From Adineta vaga (lineage: Eukaryota > Animalia > Rotifera): DNA of 64,000 bases. The translations under genes and the position numbers were made by a program. The stretch is taken from positions 4,464,001 through 4,528,000 of the forward strand of contig CP075493.1 of assembly GCA_021613535.1 (NCBI GenBank). Direction: 5' to 3'. The notes under the pieces were generated by a model. It did no database searches. It saw only the letters and a list, made by a program, of their open reading frames with translations, and was not told the DNA's origin. Below are positions 50,394 to 63,251 of this stretch, in pieces. How positions within the stretch are numbered: the stretch's first letter is position 1; each line of letters starts with the position of its first letter.

Positions 50394-50992
50394 TTCGATC
50401 GTAATTGATTATCTAAAACATATAACATAGGTACGGTAAAGAAGGAAATCAATTATTAATGTGGGAAATTTTCGTAAATATATGTGTATGAATGATGACA
50501 AACGACCTGCATTATCATGTTTCTTCGCTTTTCCCTTTCAGGCATTATAAGTTACAATAAAAACCCATAGAATTCTAAATCATCCAAAAAACAAAAGAAT
50601 GCAAATATGTTTTCAAAAACAATAATACAACAATACCATGACTATTGTACCATCAGTCATCCCTTTACTATTAGATATCTTCTCTCGAGACAACTTAGTT
50701 TGTGTTCTTCATCATTTTAAGCTCTATTAATATAACTCATAGTTGGAAAAAAAGAATGTGAAACATATATTGACTATAGCAATTAACATGTGATGTTATC
50801 AGCCAGGTTTCTTTTGCATTCCTTATCTTTATAAACAAAACAAAAACATGAAACATTCATGTATCTTTTTGTGCTATAATTTCTTTTCAACATATATGAA
50901 CATGAAAACGATTGTTTATTTTTTGGACACAAAGTGCATAAATACGTACAGAAAGTCATAACGAAAACACTATGAGAAATGAAAGAAGTAGC

Positions 50993-52699
50993 TTAAGTAC
51001 AAAAGTATGTTAACCAAAGTCTTTTTTGCTGACCAAAGCATGTATCGAGAAAAAATGCGTTATTGGAAATAAATGTACATATTGATGCATTGTTACCACA
51101 ATACGATGTAACATTAACAGTAACATCCATTTTTGAACAGGGACTTGATGCACAGTTACATAACATTAGATTTTGAACACCATAAAAAGCGTAGTGAATA
51201 TTAATCGTTGGTGTTGGTGAAGAGCAATTCATATATACTAGAGAGCCTTCGATTAAGCTGCTTAGAGTTTGAAGAACTAAAAGATGAAAAATAGTGAAAG
51301 ATGATTATACGAATAAAACTGATGTACCACCCGTAGTTGTAGTTGTATTTTGATCTAAAAATAGTGAAACTGATGATAAGATTTTGTAATCTATTGAGAA
51401 TCTAAGAAAGTCTTTTGGTTTTTTTGTCATAAATGGTTTGAAAGAATATTGAAATGATAGTTTCAATGTAAAACGAAATCCTGCTAGTCGTATATGCTAT
51501 ATATTTATTTAAGAACATGATGAGGTCTTACATGATATTGTTGATATTGATTTGTATGGTTTAATTAAAAGTCCAACCAGAAGTGTAGAAATAGCTATAC
51601 TTAGACATAGCACTGAAAGTACAGATATAACGATACATCTCCAAGAACAATGACAACAGTTTTTTGACAAATATCTATGTGGAAAGTCGAGATAATTTAA
51701 AAAAAAACTGTTTAATTAATTTACTTTCTTTGAGCACGATTTTTCGAATTTTGTCGATGGAAATCATTTGTGACACACCACTTATCTGGTGTGATAACTG
51801 TCAGATTCTAATCACACAGAAAAGAATATAGAAGTCAGAGAATGCAAATTAATTTTACTCTTATATCATTAAAATCATTCACACTATTTCGAAGATATGT
51901 TTTTGAACAGTTATCATTCGAACTTAAAGAAGAATTGAGAGTATTTGCTGTGTTTAATGAACTAACACCATCGTCCACTTGTACATTGTTTCCTCTGAGA
52001 GTACTATGGTTTTCCAATCGATCATGCATTTTCTTCGTATTTAATATCATCTATGACAAAATAGATAAAAAGACACGACTGTTATTTTGTGTACATACAG
52101 AGTGATCAGACGATCGAATTGGTTTTACAGGTTCGACTTGATTTATCTTGAATGAATGAGGATGTGATAGTCGTTTATAAATATCAAGAGAATCAGTTTG
52201 ATCTTTTGAATCTTGTCGAGAATTCTAGAATAAATGAACTATACTGACTAGATACAAGAAAACGAATGATAATGCATGTTAAATCAAACCGATAATGATT
52301 TCTTCTGAGTGGACTGAATGCTTTTACGTCGTCTTATCGTCACGTGAATAATAGACTTTGATGATGTTTTCGTTACAGATTCGTGTTGATGCTGAAAATA
52401 CACAATCATATATATAATCAAACAAGGTAAGATGTTAAAGAAATTTACTAAGGTTTTACGCGAACGATGACGCGCTTTGACGGCGTTTGATTGAGTTTCA
52501 TGAAGTTGATCTAAATACGAATTATATAGGAATGTTCAAATAGATTTGACATATACAGATTAGTACCTCGAATAACTCGCAGCATTTTTTACACTCTTTC
52601 TAAGAGAGGATAGAGTTTTTTATGTGAATGGTTTCGTTCTAATTTAAATAATGAAAATGAATCTATGAAAATACCTTTGTTCTCGTTCCTATCAACCAT
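50993..52699 (-). CDS. Type II membrane protein with C-terminal SUEL/galactose-rhamnose-binding lectin domain; many small exons
   Basis: Last exon CSSPTPTINIHYAFYG...C...FLDTCFGQQKRLWLTYFC; TM exon ~51560-51650 (WRCIVISVLSVLCLSIAISTLLVGLLI); candidate ATG 52699. Internal junctions not all verified. Confidence 0.6.
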
Positions 52700-52959
52700 G
52701 GATTGATTCTTTGTTTGATTATGTATTTCTTATTGAATACTTTCAAATATATAATTTGCGTATCATGTATTTTCTATCGTTAAATAGTCAAAAGAAAATA
52801 TTTCATCGAATGTCATAAAAATCGAATAATTCCTTATCTTGTTATTATCACATTATAAATCTGATTATAATTATAGTTTGATCGAATAATTAGAACGAGA
52901 ATATGTCCATTCTTCGTTGAATTTATTTTTCTATTTTAGGTAACCATTTTCAACATCAG

Positions 52960-53927
52960 TTAACCAAAAATATTCTTTTTATAAGTCATTTCAGTTAGCA
53001 CAGGTAAATGATCCGATGGATAAAATCCATTGTTCGAATCAGTTAAAGTTCCATGTTGTAATACTTTAAAATCTGCACTCGTCACAAAAATATGATCGAT
53101 ACATTTGCCCATTTGATTTCCAACAAAAAATGTAGAAAATGTACTATCTGGACCGCAATGATATGTTTCTGTCAAATGTTTACTATCTTTGAAATGTGTA
53201 TCTGTAATCATTGTGCGATAAGCATCCGACGAGGGCGATGCATTAAAATCACCAGTCAATATCATTGGTGTTGAATAACCAGCAATAGCTTTTGTTTGAG
53301 ACATAAGAAGACGCGCACTTTGAAGACGAGATGTTCTACCTTTACTATCAAAATGTGTATTGAAATGATAGAATGTTTGGAGAGTATATCGATCTCGTAA
53401 TTTCACCCAACTACAAATACGTGTTGCAGCTGCATCCCATCCTTCACTACCAGGTCGTGTTGGTGTTTCCGATAGCCAAAATGTACCATTATCAAGTAGA
53501 TCAAAACGATCAGATCGATAAAATATCGGAGAAAATTCTCCTCGATTATGTCCATCTCTATCGCCAACACCATAATAATTATAATTAGGTAATCGATATT
53601 TTAAATCAGAAAGTTGTCCACGTAAAACTTCTTGAAGACCAAAAACATCAGGAGCACGCATTCGAATCAAATTGAAAACATTTTGTTTACGAACTGACCA
53701 TCGATTGATTCCATCAGAAGATGTTTCATATCGAACATTATACGACATTACACGCAATGCATGCACTCCACCTTTAGACAGCATGGCTACGAAAAGAGAA
53801 AAACAATGCAAACTGTATTCATCAAAACTGACATCAATTTAAAAGATGCTGATGAAGTCTTACCACAAGGTGTTTGTGTATTTGCAACATGACAGAAATA
53901 TAGAATGACGATTAGAAGGACAAACAT
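52960..53927 (-). CDS. Secreted EEP-family hydrolase of bacterial type; exons 53927-53864, 53786-52960
   Basis: MSYNVRY, GLQEV, TFWLSETP, NTHFD, GDFN, IDHIF, SDHLPV; signal-peptide exon joined by a phase-1 intron. Confidence 0.88.
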
Positions 53928-54236
53928 CTTCTTGATAGATGAAAATAAATATGTCATATGGAAGCATGGTATTTATATATCAATTTTCTGATATTCATCA
54001 ATAAAAGATTAAATGGATCATATTTTTAGAGGCACATTATTAATAACAAGTCATGTTTTTGTACTTTGGACAAAGAAAGATACAGATGGGTATTAATTTA
54101 ATCTTCTATCAGGGCATTTGACAATATCAAATGTACTAAACTATTTCCTTTGAAATGATTTATGCCATGATTCATTTATTTTTGTGTAAACTACAATATC
54201 AATATAAAAAAGAAACGTTTCTATTCATTCATTCAT

Positions 54237-55448
54237 TCAATAGAATTCTCTATCTCTATTTTCAGCACAGACACGAAAAGCTAACAGTTGTGGTACAATT
54301 GCTAATACTGAATTCAGGCCGACACTAATCCACCAATTGTCCGATGGAATTGCTGACCAAGATGAATCAGGAAACAACGGTGGATTGTGTAATGAAGATA
54401 ACAGGTATGAAAATTGAGCTTGAGCAGCAGCTCCAGCATGTACCATGGTCCAATCAGGAAACCAATTGAATTGAGATGGTTGTTGATCATAAAATAGCAA
54501 TGCATTAATTGCAAGATAATAGTATGCAACAAAATAAAATCCATATGTTAAAAGTTGAACGGTTGGAAATCCTGATTTATTTAATATATATGGTTCATAT
54601 TGATAATAGAAGCTATTCATTGTTAATGGCGTTTTCAAAGCATGTAATACACGAAAGATAGCAAATAGTATAGCACATATCATATAACTAATAAATAGCA
54701 TATCCAAAGGACGTGAATATAATGATTTTCGATTTGGTAATTTTCGATTTTCTTTCATTTGTTGTTGAATAAAATAAGTACGTGTATGACATTGTTGTAG
54801 AAGAAAAATTAATGGAAACATTGCATACGGTACATTTAATAAACATGATGGTTTGATATGACTCCCATATTGACCAACTGCAGCACCACCAACGAGTACA
54901 ATCAATGAATTTATAATTGAACCACACCAAAATAATGAAAGAAAACGGAAAATTTTCGTTTTCGTTCGTTGTTTTAACATGAAATATAACATTATTAAAT
55001 ACAAGAGAAAATGTACTGTACCATCCCAATAATTAATATATAATCCATGACCAGTTTTCAGATATACTTCTCCTTGTTCCAAATAGAAAAGAAACGCCGA
55101 TGAATAACCATCAATTGTCAAAGCTAGTAGAAGATCAGCAATAGCAGTAAATGAAAATATTGTAAATACGTAGAAAAACATCTCTTTTTTAACATGAAGT
55201 AAATGTTTAATCAATAGAAAATATGTTAATGGTGCTACTGATAGACATATAACTGCACTATAAAGAAAAACATTTAAGGAATTTTTCATTTCTTTCATAT
55301 AAGATAAAATGTAGCAGATTGGTACGGATAAGAATGAAACAGCAACGACACCGAATAAGATACGAAATGGTGATTCTGATTCAAATGATTTCATGGATGA
55401 TTGTATATCTGTTTCTTTTGATAATTGTTTCTTTTTTGTTCGATTCAT
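54237..55448 (-). CDS. TM6SF1/2-like transmembrane protein (EXPERA domains)
   Basis: GEVYLKTGHG..INYWDGTVHF, YEPYI, DWTMVHAGAAAQAQFSY motifs. Confidence 0.85.
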   Translation of the reverse strand: MNRTKKKQLSKETDIQSSMKSFESESPFRILFGVVAVSFLSVPICYILSYMKEMKNSLNVFLYSAVICLSVAPLTYFLLIKHLLHVKKEMFFYVFTIFSFTAIADLLLALTIDGYSSAFLFYLEQGEVYLKTGHGLYINYWDGTVHFLLYLIMLYFMLKQRTKTKIFRFLSLFWCGSIINSLIVLVGGAAVGQYGSHIKPSCLLNVPYAMFPLIFLLQQCHTRTYFIQQQMKENRKLPNRKSLYSRPLDMLFISYMICAILFAIFRVLHALKTPLTMNSFYYQYEPYILNKSGFPTVQLLTYGFYFVAYYYLAINALLFYDQQPSQFNWFPDWTMVHAGAAAQAQFSYLLSSLHNPPLFPDSSWSAIPSDNWWISVGLNSVLAIVPQLLAFRVCAENRDREFY

Positions 55449-55740
55449 TATCGCGTATTTATTACTTAATCTAATCAAAGCTTCTGAACATTAAAATATG
55501 TAAAAAATGAATAAACAGAACCTAGAAAAATAAGACGACTGTTTGTCTATTGATTAACCAATCGTTGACAACCTATGAAATCTATTAGCGACGCTTTTTT
55601 TTCGATAAGCATCAGCAATAAGGTTGTTCAATTCATTCAAGATGCTGTTGTACAGAGTAAACCTCTATACATAAGGAATCCATTTCTCAGATGTGTCGCT
55701 CTATAATATCTCCAGTAATATACTAATTTAATCCAAATGA

Positions 55741-56715
55741 TTATATTTTCCAATAAAATAATGTGATTGTTTTATGTACTAGTCGAGTCAGAACTGTCAT
55801 AAATGTTTTTCGAAATACACGAGATGTTAGTGTTGATAAATAAAAGGATTTTATATTGATTATATAATATAAATTATTCGTTAAACTTAATAAAAAAGAA
55901 TCGATTGCTCGTAATTCTGCACTTTTCGTCTTATATTGTGTGGTTGTAAAATACCAATACACGAAAATCCATTGTAATATGAAGAAACTTGTTACAAAGA
56001 CTTGAACAAACGCCGTAGTAATGAAATGATTTCGAAAAAAAATTCTCTTTTCTCTAGTCATGAGCATTACTCGATGACGATTTTGCTTAAATTTTTTATA
56101 AGTAAGTAACACAAGTATCAACATTACTAACGGCGTAATGATACCATGGATAAGAATATACAATAGACCATTAATTATCGGCTGAGTTGAATCACATCCA
56201 TAACTGGATACAATGTCGTTCAGAATAGGTGAATAAATTGAACTTACACTGCTAATAAGTATAGTAATTCCAATCAACCGTGGAACCATTTTTAATTGAA
56301 GAATAAGACGTATTCGAGATGTTAGATCATGTGTACAAGCATATCGATCAATCAAAGACATGATTAATAGATTCATAGATAATTGTGGAAGAAATACTAA
56401 GACAAACAGTCTCACCTTACATACCCAGCTAATAGGTATAGTTGATTGAACATTTCCGGTAAGTGGAGACAAATAAATAGGAAAGAGATTGACAAAAAGA
56501 TTGATTATATCAACAAATGAACCACTGAGAGTATACATAGAGAATGAATTCTTTCGAAGTGTAGGGTGAAGAAAAGTAAGACTGTTACCAATGAATCCAA
56601 GAAGACCCAGTATAGTAATAATCAAAGGTAATTGACTAACAAAATTTTGTTGTATAAGATCCAGTACAATAACAATAGAACTTGGTGATAGATATGTTTC
56701 ATTGTTGAGAGACAT
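55741..56715 (-). CDS. Divergent class-A GPCR, intronless
   Basis: GFIGN in TM1, CKVR, SLIDRY, FYLSTLTSRVFRK. Confidence 0.85.
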   Translation of the reverse strand: MSLNNETYLSPSSIVIVLDLIQQNFVSQLPLIITILGLLGFIGNSLTFLHPTLRKNSFSMYTLSGSFVDIINLFVNLFPIYLSPLTGNVQSTIPISWVCKVRLFVLVFLPQLSMNLLIMSLIDRYACTHDLTSRIRLILQLKMVPRLIGITILISSVSSIYSPILNDIVSSYGCDSTQPIINGLLYILIHGIITPLVMLILVLLTYKKFKQNRHRVMLMTREKRIFFRNHFITTAFVQVFVTSFFILQWIFVYWYFTTTQYKTKSAELRAIDSFLLSLTNNLYYIINIKSFYLSTLTSRVFRKTFMTVLTRLVHKTITLFYWKI

Positions 56716-56980
56716 TTTAAATAAGGCAAAAATGAAATTTTATCAAACAGATTCAGTTAAAAACAAAGGAGGCAAAAAGGGAAATGAGCAGATGTTAGAG
56801 AATATGAGTAAATCTTTCTTAATGAGACAATATACAAACAAATATTCATAATAATAAGATTTGATTAACACGAGATGCATATTTTGTCTTCTATTTCACA
56901 TGTCATTTCGTGCACACAAATTGAGGTACGATTTACTCATATACACAATACTATATGAAAGAAAGCTTTACTAATTGAAA

Positions 56981-57880
56981 TCAAATCTCGTTTTTTTTCA
57001 TAAGATAAAGACAAATTGGTCTCGAAAGGATTATTTTTAACGAATCAAAGTTTTCTGTTTCAATACTTTGATCATTTTGACTTTCTATTGTTCCATAAGA
57101 ATCAGTTAGTTTTTGACGTAATGTATGTAACGTATCTTGATATAATTGTTCACCATTTTGTTTTCGATATGATTGACAAGGTGATGTTGATTCAAGAAAG
57201 CCAAGAAGTTGTGTAATTGTTGTTTCCATTTTAAATTCAATTGTCTGTTGACATAATGTTGATGGGTATGGAAAACGAGGTAGAATTGATTCATAATCAT
57301 TTTCAATTATTCGTAGTTTTTCACTCCAATAAGGTAATAATAAACCATGATGAAATTCATGATAAACAGCATCAGCTTTTGGATTATCTAACATACCGAA
57401 TTTATATAACCATATAGCTATAACACCTGTCTGTGGTTTAAGTATACGTTTTACTTCTTTAAAAAAATTGTCTATATCAAGCCAATGTAATGTTGCAGCA
57501 ATAGTAATTAAATCAACAGAATTTGATTGAAGAAAAGATAAATCTTCTGCCGTATGATGACGATATTCAATGTTATCTTTGGGTATTGCATTAGCAATTT
57601 GATCAGCACTTACATCAATACCGATTACTCGTTCACAAAATCTAGAATAAATAATATGAATTATTTTCGTTTTTGATTATGATTATATTTACAAGCTAAG
57701 ATCGACTGTAGCTTGACCACTACCACATCCAACATCGAGTGCTAAAGGAATTTTTTCGTTGGTAGCTTTTCCATTGAAATAATAATTAGTAATCTGTTCG
57801 AATAAAGCTTTCGGATAGTTGGGTCTGTGAAGACGATATTTTGCTGTATGATCTTCTCCAACGAATAATAGATGGCTCAT
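56981..57880 (-). CDS. Class I SAM-dependent methyltransferase; exons 57880-57693, 57641-56981
   Basis: RPNYP, LDVGCGSGQAT, IGIDVS, ATLHWL motifs; 51-nt intron in frame. Confidence 0.88.
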
Positions 57881-58205
57881 TGTTGTTAACTCGATTCTCT
57901 AACGACAATGATCAATGACGACGAACATAATGATGATAGTATAGATTTATTTATATCATTTCGTCTTGTATCATATTGGTAAACTATTAACTACCAATGA
58001 CATCGATGAAGAACGTAGTGACATTTGTGTCGATAGTGTCTAATATAGATTTATTTTGTAATGATATTTGTTCAAAATGTCATGTATGATGTTCATTTTA
58101 TTTCTTAAAGAATGCATATACAAATACAAGCAGAGGAGTATAAGAATAAGCAGATTTAAGGATAATTTGTTCGAGTATGAATGAGTTCAAAGAATGATCA
58201 ATCAT

Positions 58206-59339
58206 CTATGCATTTCTTTGCTGCATAGGAATCATATCTGCAATTGGATCCGGCGGATGTTCTCGTCGAAAATGCAGTAAAGCTAAGAATTCATGTCGAA
58301 AAAGTTGACTTGATAAAGTACATAAGTAGAAACTTATGCATGGACCTAGAAGACCAACAAAAGAAAGAACATTACCAATCAAACCTTGTTTTGCTAATAC
58401 TAATGCATCTTTGCGTGAATTATCATCCAGTATATTGAATGTTCCACCGATAGCTCCAGAAGCTGATTCATAAATAGAAGAGATTGAATAAGAATTATTT
58501 GAATCAATTGTCGATCAATAAACCTAGTTCGTCGATACTGATTAGTATTAGCATTGGCATCTGCAATTCCTCGAATGGATCGTCGAACATTGCGCATAGT
58601 AAGAATACCAAATATAAACATTGCTATACATGGAATCATACTCCAGATAACTAAGATGAAGAATCCATTGATTTGTTGAAATAAATTTGGTTGACCAAGG
58701 CACACTACTGGTTGTGTATTTATTGTGTAAAAGATGAGGAATGGTACTTGTGTGAGACCAATGAGGACAGTTGTCAATAGAATTAAACGATTAGAAATAC
58801 GAATTGAACTCCAACTACGACGTACAACGGATGCTGAACTACACCAAAATCTAAATAAAATAGCAAAAGTTTTCCATCTCCATATAGAAAACTTTGCTTA
58901 TACTCTCTCACTTACCTATCAGCAGAGGCAAGAGCTATAAACCAGCAGGGCAAAATTCTAAGGAAATAAAAATATGTTAAATTCATTAAGCCTTAGAAAA
59001 ACAATAAAAATACCTAAACCATGAAAATAGAAATGTTAAAAATTTGCATAAAAATACTGAACGTATAAATAATGAGATACCATAACCGAATTGAATCAGA
59101 CGTATTGGTAGAACAATCAAAATGATGCAGTGACCTGCGATAGTTGATGCCATAAAATATCTTGCACATGAATTAGAACGAAGAGCAGGACGTGCAAATA
59201 CACAGAGATTCAATGAATGCCCAATAAAACCTACGATAAACATTGTAATGCACCAATATCGAGTGAACGTAATCGAACTTGAACTAACTGCACTGAGAGC
59301 AGCGGCATAATCACTGGAAACGTTTGATGAAGTAGACAT
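58206..59339 (-). CDS. Divergent class-A GPCR with two introns and an apparent frameshift near 58470
   Basis: GFIGH, CKF, ASADR; the TM7 region (SFYLCTLSSQLFR) lies in a different frame after QSLLF. Confidence 0.65.
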
Positions 59340-62002
59340 TTCAAAAAAAAGAAAAAAATCTGCAAAATAATTTTTAGGTAAAACAACTTTCGCTTAAATA
59401 TGTATGGCATGATAAGCTCATCATTTGGAATGGACAATCTATCCGTTCGTCAACTCCCAGATTATTTGATCATGAGCAGTTTGGTATCGGAAATGATTTA
59501 TCATAGGTATTTATATACGTAGCAAAAGAATAAGAAATTATCATGACATATAAATTCTGAGAAAAAGAGACTTTGTTGACATTGCGTACAAAAGATTTCC
59601 TCCTGTCTAAGCAAATTAAGATGATGATGTCGTATGCATTCAACAATCAAATATATTTTTATCATTCTAAATATACCCATCTTCATTATAATGATAGAAA
59701 AAAGAAGTATTATCAGATCTTATACAAAAGTATAATAGATTCATATCGATTATTTTTATGATGCTCATTTGAATCAAAAGGTTTAAGTATCCATCATATT
59801 TCTTTTAAAAGTACAAATATATATACACTCATTGAAATGTAAAGATAATTATCTTGATATGGACTTATCGGAGCAGAATAATCGTGTAGACAAAAACAAG
59901 CTTTTCCTTATATCAAGTTATAATGACATATATATCGTTTCATAGTCTAATAATGCAATGTATATTTTATAGACAAAACACTCAATAAATACTTGCCATC
60001 AAAGTATTCCTCTTCCGGAAATTCAGTCATCCATGATGACATCATATAAAGTAAGTAAACAGAGAAGATCATGAGATTTAATGGAAATTTTCATAAACAT
60101 TTGGTATTTACACCAGTTATTCTTTTCTATTAATAAATTTTCTTTCCTAACGCTTGCTACACTAGGTGGCTAACATAAGAAATAGTTCATTTTAGAAAAC
60201 AAATCATACTTTCACCGATTATTTTTATATACATATCAGTATGATCAATTCATTAGCATTTTCTCAACTACTGTAAGTGAATAGATTTTCAATTCTTGTT
60301 TTCGAATCATTCATTACGTTTCTTACAATGAAATCTAACTGAAATAGGCATACGGAACGAATAAGACAATCGATTATATCTTTTTTTGAGACTATCTCAT
60401 TATCAAACAAAGAGTAAAAGATAGTGCTTTTGTGACCCGAATGATTTTACTTAAAACTAACACGTAAAAACCTGTTTCTTGTTCTTCTTTCTCATTAATA
60501 TTTTCTCAATTTCTTCAGAATGTCTTGATTCGATCAAATGAAGCCAAAGCAACAAAAAACAAAGAATATTTATCAAAAGTAAATGAATAATACGATCCTA
60601 TTTTACAGAGAAGTGTCGAATTATTTGTCACAACGATGTCATAAACTACGAGAAATATGTTTGGCAAAATAGGAAAAGAAAATTGAAAACAACCATCGTG
60701 TTGATGAACATGTATATGAATTGAAAGAACTAACTAATTCTTCGATTGTATTAGAGTTAAATATACCTTGGTATTCTTTCAACGTAAATAAAACTTACGC
60801 TTTCCTATTATTACGACTATCAAAACATAACTTGTTTTTTTGTTTATCGCTTTACGTATAAACAAAGGTAATATAATTTACTGACGAAATATCCATTGTA
60901 TAACTAAATCGACTGTATCTTTAGAATGAAGAAAAACGCAGTTGGGTACAAAAAACATCAGATTAGACATAAATCAAATGTGAATTTCATTTGCAAACGA
61001 CGGTATTCAATAGCACAATGTCATGGGTAAATGATCATACCAAACCTAACTGGTAAATATCTTGGTTGAAAGAAATCTATTCTGTTTTGCCAATTTCAAA
61101 TAGGCCATTATGGTATCGTATACTTGTATTTGGTGGTTTATGTATTATCGTACCTCTTCTCATTATCATAACTGTTATTCTCGTTACTGTTTTTATCATA
61201 AGATCTCATCGACATGATCATAGACGAATTTATATCCGTAAATATACCATTGAATTATTTGAGCTAAAATAGAACTTCTTCTTTACTTTTTTTGAACAAA
61301 ATTCATTTAATGTTACTTACATATTGTTCACTGATATTGATTCTTCGTATTCAATTATCAATGTTGATTCGATTGATTATAATGAAATAACTGAACATGT
61401 AAGTAAATTATCTCCTTCCAATCGAAAACCAATTTCGGTTATAATCAGTTTGAAAATATTCTCAAATTATCAATGAAAAACAGTTTAAAACTCGAAAAAG
61501 TCTATCAAAGTCTTGTTAATCAATCACTTGAACAACGATCGTATGTAATTGTAAAGTTTTGATTTTGAAGACTATCATCATTTCATTAATGACTATTTAG
61601 ACAATGTAACTTTTTCTTTCCAAGTATCAATGATACACTTTTAATCTTTCAATTTCATCTTCGTCATTCATCAACTCATTATCAAAATCAATCCGATTCC
61701 AATATTCAAGAACAATTCAGAGAGATTACACATTTTCCGGTAGACATCAATGATAATTCATTTGAAGTCTACTTATGTTCCATTGATGGATTTCAAAATA
61801 CAGGTAAATCTTTCTCGACGATAATTCGAAAGATGATCGATCTTTTTTTCTTTTAAATTTCAGAAATAACTTCAACTGAAGTTTATTTTGAACCTGTTTC
61901 ATATACACCAGCAATTCGTGCTGTTGAAACGTCATCACGTTTACCAAATATTTGTCATTTGAATTTTTCTGGTAAATAATTTCTATTCAAATAATATAAC
62001 AA

Positions 62003-63079
62003 ATGACAATATCTGTCTTAGATCTAGAAAATAAATGGATTTCCATTGGAAATATGTCTGAATCTTTAATGAACCAGAGATCGATATTCATTCCAGAAGA
62101 TAATTCTATTCTTGTTATGGGTGGTACTCAAGATGAATTCCTCTTTTCAAATAAAATTCAAAAGTATCAATTGATAAATCAATCATTGATATTAAACTTC
62201 AGCAGTTCGATGAATATTAAACGTAATCTTTATTCAGCTGATCGACTATCATTATCAGGTTTAATTCTGCTCATTGCTACATCAGAAGAACAATCAATTG
62301 CTGAATTATTCGATCCTATTTCAAGTCACACGACATCAATCGAAATGTTAACTAATCGACGATTTTATACATCTGTTGTTCTTCCAAAAGAAGATAGAAT
62401 TATTTTAATAGGTGGTAATAATTATTCGTCGACTGTTCTCTCAACTGGTGATGTTTTTAATGGTACACATTTTCTACCGATATTAAATAAAATGATGGTT
62501 AAACGTATCTATCATACAGCTACATATATACCAACAATGAATAAAATTCTAATTACTGGTGGACGAGATAATGAAAATGATGGAAAAAATACATATGATA
62601 CAATTGAATTCTATGATATAACTTCGAACATGTTTGAAAGAATACCCAATATTACGATGTCAATAGCACGAGCTCGACATACAGCTACTTATATTCCATT
62701 TCCTATTGATAAAGTATTGATTATCGGCGGAGAAACTAATGATATCAATTATCTTGATAGTTGTGAATTATTTGATATTCAAACATTATCATTTACAAAA
62801 CAAGGAACAATTGCTTATGGACGTTCGGATCATCATGCTGCATTATTGAATAATAATAATGATATTTTAATAACAGATGGTATTTCGAATAGTATGTCAA
62901 TTATATCATCAGAAGTTTTTAGTCTAAAAACAATGTCTTCATGCCCAACGGCAACGATGAATACACTTCGAGAACGTTTTACATCGACATTAATACCATT
63001 AACTGGTGAAGTACTTGTGTGTGGTGGTAGAGATATTTTCTATAATACATTGAATAGTTGCGAACTTTATATTCCATAA
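62003..63079 (+). CDS. Kelch-repeat beta-propeller; probably the 3' part of a larger gene whose upstream exons include a TM segment at ~61100-61200
   Basis: Repeats R..HTAT.......VLI.GG......E.(F/Y)D; upstream structure unresolved. Confidence 0.8.
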   Translation: MTISVLDLENKWISIGNMSESLMNQRSIFIPEDNSILVMGGTQDEFLFSNKIQKYQLINQSLILNFSSSMNIKRNLYSADRLSLSGLILLIATSEEQSIAELFDPISSHTTSIEMLTNRRFYTSVVLPKEDRIILIGGNNYSSTVLSTGDVFNGTHFLPILNKMMVKRIYHTATYIPTMNKILITGGRDNENDGKNTYDTIEFYDITSNMFERIPNITMSIARARHTATYIPFPIDKVLIIGGETNDINYLDSCELFDIQTLSFTKQGTIAYGRSDHHAALLNNNNDILITDGISNSMSIISSEVFSLKTMSSCPTATMNTLRERFTSTLIPLTGEVLVCGGRDIFYNTLNSCELYIP

Positions 63080-63251
63080 GATTAAATCGAATAAAATATT
63101 TTTCTTTGGATTAATGACATTTGAGATTCAACGAGTAATCTATGTAACTCTATTTTAAAACGTACTAGTTAAGAATATGAAAAGAAGAAAAATCAATAAA
63201 TAAACTGAACAGAAAACTTCAGAGTGTTCCTCGGAAAGATAAATCATATTA

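Noticed and set aside
59340-61990. Short ORFs and exon-like fragments upstream of the kelch ORF
   Set aside because: A consistent spliced frame could not be built; only the TM-like segment is noted.
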